Source: an uncultured Acidimicrobiaceae bacterium (lineage in GTDB: Bacteria; Actinomycetota; Acidimicrobiia; Acidimicrobiales; Palsa-688). Taken from it: a stretch of 64,000 nt of DNA. The translations under genes were made by a program, and so were the position numbers. Below are positions 38,581-48,304 of the stretch, one piece after another. The notes under the pieces were generated by a model that had not been told where the DNA came from, ran no database searches, and was given only the letters and a program-made list of their open reading frames with translations. The DNA lies in assembly GCA_963781155.1 (NCBI GenBank), contig CAWAEC010000001.1, positions 14,515 through 78,514 on the forward strand, given 5' to 3'. How positions within the stretch are numbered: the stretch's first letter is position 1; each line of letters opens with the position of its first letter.

Positions 38581-39145
38581 ATGAAGGCGATCACTCACCA
38601 GTTCTGGGGGAAAGGACGTGGGAGGAAGTCCGCAAGCCGGTGTTGCGGACGGATATCGACGCCGTAGTCAGAGTGGACGCGGTCACTATCTGCGGAACCG
38701 ACCTGCACATCCTTAAACGCAACGGCCCCACGGCCACCGACGGGCGCATCCTCGGCCACGAAGCAGTCGGAACCGTCGAGTCCGTCGGTGCTGGCGTCAA
38801 GAACGTCCAGCCCGGCGAAAAGGTCCTGGTCTCGTGCATCACGTCGTGTGGCGGATGTCGGCCATCTTGGGCAGCCGGCCGTACAGCTCAGCCCACGCGG
38901 TAGCCGTCGACCTGGCCGCCATGTGGCTCGAGGTCGCCAAACAGCTCGGCGCCGACATCACCGTCAACAACGAGTGAAAAGACCCCGCACTGGTCCTAGC
39001 CGCCTTGACCGACGGGCTCGGCGCCGATGTCGCCATCGAGGCAGTCGGCGTCCGCGGCAGCTCCGGGGGACGGTCGAGGTCAACGGCCGGCCCGTTCCCG
39101 GCCCCCGGCAACCCCGTATGGCACCATGGTCCTGCGACGGGGTGA
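38581..39145 (+). pseudogene. decayed paralog of the Zn-ADH gene
   Basis: MKAITH, then a frameshift into ...DAVVRVDAVTICGTDLHILK...GHEAVGTVESVG...SCITSCGGC. About 100 codons are deleted, then AVDLAAMWLEVAKQLGADITVNNE-TGA-KDP...GADVAIEAVG. The 3' end is missing. Confidence 0.75.
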
Positions 39146-39172
39146 CCGCATCCCGATGGGAGGGGGGGTCCG

Positions 39173-39790
39173 ATGACTCAGCCGGGCTTTGCGCAGGTTC
39201 CGGGCTACCCCGTCGAGTTCGACGTCGAGCCCCAGCTGACCGAGCGCAACCGACTCACCACCGGGTTCCGGCTGATCCTCGGGATCCCCCAGTTCATCAT
39301 CGTCGGCGGGTTCAACTCCTACGGCGCGTCGGCGTTGACCGGGGCGGCGTCGGTCATGGCGTTCATCTCCTGGTTCGCCGTCGTGTTCAGGGGCGAAGAA
39401 CCCCGCGGCTTGTGGGATTTCATCACGTACTACATGCGCTGGTGGGTGCGCGTCGCCGCGTACGCCGCCCTGTTGAGGGACGACTACCCGCCGTTCGGCG
39501 ACGAGCCCTATCCGACCACCTACGGGGTGACATACCCGGCGGGAACGAGGAACCGCCTGTCGGTGGGTCTCCGCCTGATCTACGTGATCCCCCACGTCGT
39601 CGTCCTCATCTTCGTGAACATCGCGTGGACGGTGACGACGATCATCGCCTGGTTCGCGATCCTCTTCACTGGTGCCTACCCGGCGGGCCTGTACCGGTTC
39701 GCGGTAGGGGCCATGCGCTGGAACGCCCGTGTCCAGTCCTACCTGCTCCTGCTGCGGGACGAGTACCCGCCCTTCCGCCTGGCGGCGTGA
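39173..39790 (+). CDS. DUF4389-like membrane protein
   Basis: Duplicated motif RLILGIPQFIIV / RLIYVIPHVVVL, and AWFAILFTGAYP...LLLRDEYPPF. Confidence 0.85.
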   Translation: MTQPGFAQVPGYPVEFDVEPQLTERNRLTTGFRLILGIPQFIIVGGFNSYGASALTGAASVMAFISWFAVVFRGEEPRGLWDFITYYMRWWVRVAAYAALLRDDYPPFGDEPYPTTYGVTYPAGTRNRLSVGLRLIYVIPHVVVLIFVNIAWTVTTIIAWFAILFTGAYPAGLYRFAVGAMRWNARVQSYLLLLRDEYPPFRLAA

Positions 39791-39981
39791 CAGCCCGGCG
39801 CAACAGGGTCATCCGCCTCCACCCCGCCCCCGCGGCACCCGCAGCGGCACGCGAAACCGTCGATCCGGCGGGACCGCCCCTTGGAGTTGTTCGTGCCGCC
39901 GGGCAAACAGATCGGGCAGTACATGCGGAGTTGGGCGTGGGAAGATTCGGTCCCACGCCGGCAACGAATAAGAAGACTGCG

Positions 39982-40469
39982 ATGAAGGCGTTCGTCTTCC
40001 GATCGTACGGCTCACTGGAGGCCTTGGATCTCATAGGCATCGACAAGCCCGTGCTCGGGGAGACGAAGTGCTGGTCCGGGTGAGCGCCACCTCTGTCAAC
40101 CCCTAGGACCGGCACAGCATGAGAGGCGAGCCGTTCATCGCCCGCCTAATGGGCCTCGGGCTGCGCCACCCAAAGCTCCGCATCTTGGGCGCCGACGTGG
40201 CGGGGCAGGTCGAGGCGGTGGGCAAGGACGTGACGGTGTTTCGAGCGGGCGATGAGGTGTTCGCGGTGCTCAAGCAGGGCGGCTTCGCCGAGTACGTGTG
40301 TGTCCAGGAAGACGAACTGGCGCCGAAATCGAAGAACCTGTCGTTCGACCAGGCGGTGGCGGTACCGATGGCGGCCAATACCGCCCTGCTGGGCCTGCGC
40401 GACGAGGGACGGATTCAGCCGGGCCAGAAGGTCCTGATCAACGGGGCTTCGGGAATGTGGGTACCTTGA
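39982..40469 (+). pseudogene. MDR-family NADPH:quinone oxidoreductase-like gene (frameshift, in-frame TAG, 3' truncation)
   Basis: MKAFVFRSYGSLEALDL..., a frameshift, then DEVLVRVSATSVNP-TAG-DRHSMRGEPF...GADVAGQVEAVG...VLINGASG, then homology stops. Confidence 0.7.
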
Positions 40470-40794
40470 GCATCGCATGCGCCGCCTCGAGCATCGCAGC
40501 GGTCCAATCACGCCCCGACTCGCTGAGCACCCGGGCCTGTCCATCGAGCACGTCGAAACCGGTTCCACCGTGGATGTCCGATATCTCGCGTGGCGTCCCG
40601 AAGGCCAAGTCCTCGGGACAGAAGGCAACCGTCCGCACATTCGTCCGGTCCAACAAACGCATGATGTGCGAGAACGGAGCTCCATACGAACTGCCATCGA
40701 CGCCGCACCCGATACCGATCAAGCAGGCGCTGACAAGTACCCGCAGCGGCGCCCGGTCAGTCCCGGTCCCGGAGCACTAACTTCGTGGGGACAT
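40438..40794 (-). pseudogene. DUF523-like gene with early in-frame TAG and 3' truncation
   Basis: ATG 40794, TAG at 40777-40779, then RVLVSACLIGIGCGVDG...FCPEDLAFGTPREISDIHGGTG. The C-terminal third is absent where it abuts the MDR remnant. Confidence 0.6.
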
Positions 40795-41200
40795 GCTTGT
40801 GAGTCAGGGGGACGGTATGGACTGGTGGCGACGGATCACGCTGGCCGACATTGCGTGGGAGGACCTTCCCGATCACCCAGGCGTGTCGATCAGATCACTC
40901 GGCGAGAATTCCGACGACGGACCACCCGTGATGCACGTACGGTTCGCCCCGAACTACGTCGAGGCTCCCCACTGGCACTCGGTGGACACGTTTTATGTGA
41001 TCACCGCCGGGGAGTTCGTCGTCGGAGAAGAGGGCATCTACCGGATAGGCGACATCCGGTGGGTCAGGGCCGGCACCTTCTACGGTCCCGAGACCGCAGG
41101 GCCCGACGGGTGCGAGTTCCTCCTCGCCGGCTTGAGCCGCGACCCTTTCGACCTTTCCTACGACCGATCCACTGCCACCCAAGTCGGCTCGCTCGGATGA
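40793..41200 (+). CDS. cupin-fold protein
   Basis: HWHSVDTFYVITAGEFVVGEEG...VRAGTFYGPE resembles the cupin metal-site pattern. Confidence 0.7.
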   Translation: MLVSQGDGMDWWRRITLADIAWEDLPDHPGVSIRSLGENSDDGPPVMHVRFAPNYVEAPHWHSVDTFYVITAGEFVVGEEGIYRIGDIRWVRAGTFYGPETAGPDGCEFLLAGLSRDPFDLSYDRSTATQVGSLG

Positions 41201-41377
41201 TCCACGCCAGCCCCTCGAGGAGCCGAACCGACATCCCAGTTTCCTGAGTCTTCTGCGCCCGCTTACGCGAGGTGAGCCCCGCTGGGCGAGTAGCGCGGAG
41301 CGCCCATTACGTATTGGTCGCCCCAGGCACACTCCGGCCCGAGGGTGGCGCCACACAGAACATTATGTGTGGGAAAG

Positions 41378-41738
41378 TCAGTGGTGACGCGAGTGCAGCA
41401 GGTCGACGAGGACGGCTTCGACATCCTGGCCTGCTGCGGCCTTCACTAAAAGGTCAGCGAACTTCCTGTCCTCGGGAGGCAGCAGAATGGAGCCGTCCTC
41501 ACCGTTTCGGTCGAGGGTCCACTTGGCCAGAAGGAAGGCTGTTGCCTTCCCCGAACGCTTGGGCTCGAGCAACCCGAAAGGACAGGATGGCGGCCGCCCT
41601 GACCGGGTCATCGATGTCGTCGATGGCTTGTAGTGCACGTCGAAGACGATCGAGGTCATCGGGCTCCTCGAACCACTCGTGCTCCTGGCGGGCAGCATGA
41701 TTCAGGGCGATGGCGAAGGCAAGCGTGGGTCGTATCAA
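41378..41738 (-). pseudogene. Fic/Doc (death-on-curing) family toxin gene, frameshifted
   Basis: N-terminal frame ...AAAILSFRVARAQAFGEGN. The next frame continues ATAFLLAKWTLDRNGEDG...VDLLHSRHH. The break is inside the Fic-motif region near 41550. Confidence 0.6.
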
Positions 41739-42161
41739 TGGTCGTGGAGATATGTGAGCAGATCCCGTACCTGGCGAGCTGCTCCTCCAGCCAGGCGCGC
41801 TCTTCTACTGGTCGGAGTCGGCGGCCAGGCGGGTCGGGCGAAACCACTGAACCATCGGACGAGCTTGGCACTACAGCCAACCTCCCAGCACGAGGAGCCG
41901 ATTTTCCTGGCTTGCCCGTTCTTCGCCAGCGCAGTCGGCGCGGCCGGGTCCGACTCGGTCTACAGGACCACACCGGCCCAATGGAGGAGTGATTCATAAA
42001 GATGGCCCGAACATTGTCGAGTCCCAGGACCCACCCGGCGTAGTGGGCGACCAGAAAGATTGGAAGTTTCACCTGGGGATAATGGAGCGGAAACAACCCT
42101 CCCGTACCTTCCGTGTGTCCGGGTGTGTGGGATCTGCGGAGCGCGAAAGTGGACCTGGGGC

Positions 42162-43932
42162 ATGGGATTAGGCGAAAGTGCGCTGGCTAGGCACGTGATC
42201 GTCTGCGGTTTGGGCGCTCTGGCACTCCGGGTCGTTGAGGTCCTTCACGGGTCGGGTGCCCCCATGCTGGTGATCGACGACGAGCCCGATCCCAAGGCGC
42301 TTTCGATTCTCGAGCGCTGGGGGGTGCCGTTCGTGGCGGAGAACCCCCGGCTGCCCGAGGTCTTGCTGCAGGCCGGTGTGGCTAGCGCCCGTGCTGTCGT
42401 GTCGGTCCAATCTGACGATCTCAGGAACCTCGAGACAGCACTGGTCGTCCATTCCCTCTGGCCAGAGGTCAGGATCATCGTGCAGATGGCCAACGTGGCT
42501 GTCGGTGAAGCCATCCAAGGCCTGGTGGAATCGGGCGCCGCTCTTGACGTGGTGTCGTTGGCCGCACCGTCACTGGCCCAGGCTTGCCTGGGTGGAACGG
42601 TCAACTTCCAACTCGACATCGCGGGGGAGACTTTCGGTGTGACCGAAACCACCGTCGCTCGCCCTGGGAGCCTGCGTTCGATCTACAACGATTTAGTGCC
42701 CATAGGGGTGGCCGCCCCAGGTGCGCGCGGTTGAGATCTGCCCCGGCCGCGACCACCTGGTCAGCCCTGGGGACAAGGTCACGGTCCTCGGGACACCAGC
42801 CGACCTGGCCGAAGCCCTCGAAGGAAGGAGGGCTGACGTGGCCGACGGACGCCACGCAGCAGACCCGCATGGCTACCGCCGTGCACGCTCTGAAATCGGT
42901 GGCCGAGGGAGCTGGGCGAAGGGTTGGTGCAATCCTGCTCGGCATTTTCGCCCTCACAGTCGTTACTGTGGTTGTGCTGCGGTTCGACCTACCGGACCGA
43001 GAGCGGCCACCATCTCTCGATTCCTGAACTCGGTGTACTTCACGGTCGAGACCATCTCCACCGTCGGCTACGGAGACTTCTCTTTCGCCGGGCAGTCTGC
43101 CTGGCTGCGGGTCTATGGGATCGGCCTGATCGTGCTCGGAGCCACAGCCATCACCGCGCTGTTCGCCTTCATCACCGATCTGCTTCTTAGCAGGCGGGTC
43201 GCCGACGCCTTCGGGCATCGGCAGGTGACCAGGATGCGGGGGCACGCCATCGTGGTCGGCCTGGGTGCGGTCGGGCTACGAGTGGTGGAGGAACTGCTCC
43301 GCTACGGCCGGTCTGTGGTGGTAATCGAAAGTGACGAGCAAAACCGCCACCTAGCCATCGCCCGAGCCATGAGAGTTCCGGTGGTGATAGGTGACGCCAC
43401 CAGGTCGGCAACCCTTGTGGACGCGAACGTGGTGGCTGCCTCTGCCGTGGCCGTACTGACTAGCGATGACCTGACGAATCTCGAGACAGGCCTTTCCCTT
43501 CGTAAGTTCCTGCTCGACTCCGCGGTCGAAATGCCGATCACCATGCGCATATTCGACCGGCCTCTGGGCCGGGTCATACAGGAAAGCTTCGGTTTCGGAC
43601 TGGTCCGATCTACGTCGGCGCTGGCGGCTCCTTGGTTCGTCGGCGCCGCCCTGGGGTTGGACATACTCTCCACCTTCTATGTCGAGCAGGAACTGCTTCT
43701 CCTAGCCCGCCTGACGGTCGCCGCCGCCGGTGGCCTGGCTGGACTCGCCATGCAGGACCTGTCGGCTCGTATCCGCGTGATCGCCATCGAACGGGCGGGC
43801 GAGATCGGACTCGAGCACCCGCCTCGCCGGGCCACTCGGTTCCGGCCTGGCGACCGCGCTTATCTAGTCGGCCCCTACGAGGAGTTGATCGCGGTCCTTA
43901 GGAGGGATGCCGAAGAATCAGCGGTCGTGTGA
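42162..43932 (+). pseudogene. RCK/TrkA-domain potassium channel locus (one or two genes) broken by frameshifts
   Basis: TrkA-N (VIVCGLGALALRV) lies in frame 0 to 42734. TrkA-C plus the pore TVGYGD and a second RCK lie in frame 1 (42721..43932). The first channel TM (GAILLGIFALTVVTVVVL) lies in frame 2 (about 42869-43027). Confidence 0.7.
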
Positions 43933-44425
43933 TCCGACCAACGAAACGAACAGCTCTGCCGGCGACGACTTCATCGGCCGTTCACGTGGTGCCGACAGAC
44001 AAAATCGTCGCCCAACTCGCCCCGCGCCCTGAGCTACGTCCGGGATCGAACTCAACCTTGCCGTACCTCGCCCGAGAAGCACCGGGCGTCGCCTCAGACG
44101 CCTCTGACAAACGTCCGCGGCGTTCCGAACGAGCCATCAGCGAGGAGCCAAGATCGCTGATCTGCCTATTGCCGCGGCAGCCGGAGCCCCCGCGCTCGTC
44201 GCGGTCCTCTACGACCACGACTCCGACTTCATCAACGATATCGACGGCCACCAGATCGAATAAATGTCTCAGTCGGCACCGCTTTCTGACGGACCATCGC
44301 ACTGCTGGTGTTCAGGGCGATCCGCCGTCTGAGGCCTGCTCGCACGTTCTGGGGCAGGCCTGTTGGGCTGAGCCGGCGGTTTTGCGCGCCTGTTCGAGCC
44401 GACACCTGCTCATGTCAGGCCGTGA

Positions 44426-47178
44426 CTAGCCGGTGTTGCGAAGCCCGGCTGCGATGCCGTTGATGGTGAGCAGGAGGGCCCGCTCGAGTTCGGGGTCGGT
44501 GCGGTTCGACGTGCGGCGTCTGGCGAGCAGGTCGGCTTGCAGGTAGTGCATCGGCGCAAGGTAGGTCGCCCTGGTCGTTAGCGTCCGACGGAGCATGGGA
44601 TGACCGTCGAGCAGCGCCGGTGTTTGGAGGAGCCGGAGGAGTTCGTCAATGGTGTTCCTGTGCTCTTGGACGATGCGTTCGAAAATATGACGCAGGGAAG
44701 GGTCTACCAGCCGATCGACATAGAGCCGGGCGATGTCAAGGTCGGTCTTGAACAGTGCCATCTCTACGTTCGCCAGGAATGTCGGAAAGAAGTGCCACTG
44801 CTGGACCATCTCATCGAGCGTCCCTTCGAGTCCAGCCTTTCGGGCGGCGCGCAGACCTGACCCGACGCCGTACCACCCTGGGACGATCTGCCGGGACTGC
44901 GTCCAGCCGAACACCCAGGGGATGGCTCGGAGGTCAGCGAGGTCACGAGAGGCTTCGGTCGTGCGGCGGGCCGGTCGTGAGCCGATGTTGAGCCCAGCCA
45001 TCTCCTGGATAGGCGTAGACGCCAAGAAGTAGTCGACGAGGTCCTGGTGGTCCACCAACCGCCGGTAGGCGTCCAGGCTGGCTTCCGCGACAACGGTCAT
45101 GGCCTCGTCCCACCGTTCAAGCACCGGCTGGGGATGCCGAGATGTCCGGTGCAGGAGCGACGCTCGCAGCACCGCGGCGACGGTCGTCTCCAGGTTCGAT
45201 CGTGCCAACTCGGCCAGCAAGTACTTGTCCGATATGACCTCGCCCTGCTCAGTGATCTTGATCGTGCCGTTGACGGTCCGAAACGGCTGCGCCAGGATGG
45301 CCCGGCCCGTCGGTCCGCCGCCGCGGCCGACGGTGCCGCCCCGGCCATGGAAGAGCCGCAGGGTGACGTTGTGCGCGTCGGCTACGTCACGCAGGGCCCG
45401 CTGGGCTTGGTGGATAGCCCACGCCGAGGCAGTGATGCCGCCGTCCTTGTTGGAGTCGGAGTAGCCGAGCATGACCTCCTGGGTCTCGCCGCGCAATGTC
45501 ACGACCCGCCGGTAGGACGGCTCCTGTAGAAGCTCGCCGAGCAGATCGCCAGCCGATCGCAGGGCGTCAATGGTCTCAAGCAGGGGAACAAAACCGATAC
45601 GGGCGACGCCGGCGGTGAGATCGACCAAACCGGCGTCGCGGGCCAAAACGACGGCGGCGAGGACGTCGTCGACTCCTTTCACCATTGAGACGACGTAGCT
45701 CTCAATCGCCTCGTCGCCGAAGTTGTCGAGGGCGCGGCGGATCGTTGTGAACACCGCCATGGTTGCCGCCGTGTCATCATCGAGAGTCGTCGTCGGAAGG
45801 GCAAGAGGTCTTCCGCCAGCGAGGTCCTGGGCCAGCCTGCGGGTGCGATCGGGGCCATCGAGGACGGCATATGGGGGCTCAGAGCCGAGGCGGTCAAAAA
45901 GCATGCTGATCGGCGTGGAAGTGACGGCCGGCATGCTCGCGCACGTCCATGGTGGCGAGTTGCAGACCGATGGCGCGGGTTGTCCGGAGCGCCCTGCCGA
46001 CCGTCCCCTCCGCGATCAGTCCACCACGGTTGGCGAACAGTGACCGGTGCAGTACCTCCAGCTCGGCGATAACCTCGTCGGCGCCCGCGTAGTCAAAACC
46101 GGGTCGGTGCGGACCATCGCTTGCCGCCCGGCCGGACTGTGGCCACCAGCCGCTCCCGGATGTAGGAGCATTTGAGACGGTACGGCTCGTCGGCGTCGAG
46201 GCGATGCCACCGTTCGAACACCCATGGCAGCAGCTCACGGTCGCGTTCGAGGTCCTCAACCAGTTCGCTCGATACGCCAACGGCCCGTGTGGAGATGCTG
46301 AGGTCATCGATGAGGGCGTCCATTACTTCGAGCAACGCGCCCAGGGCGTGCTGGCGCTGGAGCTTGAGCACCGCCAGGGTGATCTCGGGCGTGACGTACG
46401 GGTTGCCGTCGCGGTCGCCGCCGACCCATGTGCCGAATCGCAGCGGCCGGCCGGTCATGGGCAGATCGATCCCGAGACGACGAAGCTGGAAGGCGAGGTC
46501 GTCGAGCAGGTCAGGCAGGACAGCGCTGGCCAGCTCGTCCAGGAAGAAGAGCGTCGCCCGTGCTTCGTCGGTCGGGGTCGGTCGCTCCCGCCGTACCTCC
46601 TCGGTCTGCCACAGCAAGTCCACCACACGGGACAGCCCCCGTTCGGCTCGCTGCCGATCGGCATCCGAAGAACGCGGGTCGGACCGCTGTCGGAGCAGGG
46701 CCGCCACCCGTCGGCGATGCATGAGGATAGAGGTGCGTGACGACTCGGTCGGGTGGGCGGTCAGCACCGGACGGACGTCCAGGCGCCCAACCATCTCCGC
46801 CACGAAGGACGGGTCGAGGTTCGCAGCCACGATGTCGTCAACCGTGCGCTCTAGGGCGCTCGTCGCCACCAGCGATCGCTGGGTGAGCTCGTCGGCCCGG
46901 TAAACCTGTTCGGCGATGTTGGCGAGGTGGAAGTAGCCGAGGAACGCCCGTATGAGAAGCGTCGCTGTCTCGATATCGGCACTCGCCAAAGTTTGCCCGA
47001 GTCGCCGTCGGGCAATCGGGTCCGATAGCGCTGCCTTGGACTCGACGCGCACCCGCTCGACGAGATCGAGAAGGTAACGACCCTCCTGCCGGACTAACGA
47101 CTCGCCCAGCAGCTCGCCGAGGAACCGGATGTCGTCACGTAGAGCTCGATCAGCCGGATCGCCGTCAGCAATCTCCAT
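44426..47178 (-). pseudogene. ppc: phosphoenolpyruvate carboxylase, interrupted by two frameshifts
   Basis: N-terminal ORF 46093..47178 (LRDDIRFLGELLG), middle ORF 45894..46307, C-terminal ORF 44426..45934 ending GLRNTG. The second shift is at the A5 run 45896-45900. Confidence 0.85.
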
Positions 47179-47867
47179 CAGGACTCCACGCTAGGTGGTC
47201 CAGCCGGTTTACGCATTTGACTGGTCGCCGGCGAGAGGCAGTCTGCGCCAGTCGTGGCGGAATGGACTCGACGTTCGGCTCCAGCATCGAATCGAGGCGA
47301 TGCCAGCTCATTTGACGGGCGGTTCCCACCTGCCGCTCCGGCGAACGCTTGCCGGCGGGCGAAGACTGCCGCGGGATCCCCGGCGGACGCCCCGATCGGC
47401 GTGGGCACCCGGGTGTCCGCGTACCAGTCGGGCGTCTGCAGCCACAGATCGCACAGGTCGACGCAGGGCATCTCGGTCGTAAGGACCAGCCCAGAATGAG
47501 TTCACGCTCCTGCCACTCACCGTCGACGCTCACACTGGGACTTAACCCGGTGCAGGTTCGAACCGTCGTACTACGCGTTGCGAAATGGTTACTGACCGCC
47601 CGGTGCCACTCCCGGAGTCACGCCTGCATAGGCTGGCCCGACCGACCGGCATTGTCGACATGCCGGACGTCATCGAACCGCCGTCTGAGCTAGGCACCTG
47701 GTGCGCGCACTCCGAGGTCTACAGTCGGGGATCAGCGACAGAGACGCTCACCGCTTGATGTGGTCCCGCGCCCAGAACTAGCGGACCGTGGACAAAAGCA
47801 ACCCGGCGCCCCCGTCGGCCCGTGGAGTCCTTGTCTCGGTTCCCGGCGCTGCGGCCTTTGCTTTTGG

Positions 47868-48017
47868 TTAGATCCTTGCGCCTCTACGGGTCCCATGCCG
47901 GGCCACCAGATAAACAACGGCGAACACGACGATGAAGAACAGAAGCGGGTGGACAACGAGCCCGAGAACTATCGCCAACGCTGTGATGACCAAAGCCACA
48001 AGTATGTCTGCGAGCAC
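47868..48017 (-). CDS. small hydrophobic protein (49 aa), below the ORF-track cutoff
   Basis: AGGAGG (48023-48029 region) lies 5 nt upstream of GTG 48017. Product VLADILVALVITALAIVLGLVVHPLLFFIVVFAVVYLVARHGTRRGARI. Confidence 0.4.
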   Translation of the reverse strand: MLADILVALVITALAIVLGLVVHPLLFFIVVFAVVYLVARHGTRRGARI

Positions 48018-48304
48018 CTGATACCTCCTGGTCCGACCGAGAACTGCTAGCGCTGTGATTCCCTTACACCAATACCACTAAACGTCCTTCGACGTCTGGG
48101 CCACCCCCGAGGATGACGTCCCAGCCCTGGTCGCAACTCGAACCGCCCGTCGAGTCGCCCGGGGGCAGGCCTGTTGTTTCAGTGGTAAGGGCGAGCTGAT
48201 AGCGCACCTTTCGGGATCGGGGGAGAGGCTGGGCGGCGAAATGACTGGCCCGCGTCTTGGCCGCCTTGATGTCTTTGGCGGTGTAGCAGGCGTTTCGGCG
48301 ATTG

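Noticed and set aside
29555-40779. Three in-frame TAG codons as evidence of amber recoding (e.g. pyrrolysine)
   Set aside because: Two of the three genes carry other disabling lesions. No pyl genes or PYLIS-like context were seen. TAG is also used as a normal stop in this window (gap, MnhF, DUF4235).
47540-47600. tRNA-like GGTTCGAACC (T-loop look-alike) in the ppc upstream region
   Set aside because: The flanks do not form T-stem, acceptor or anticodon arms on either strand. The sequence is simply a palindrome.
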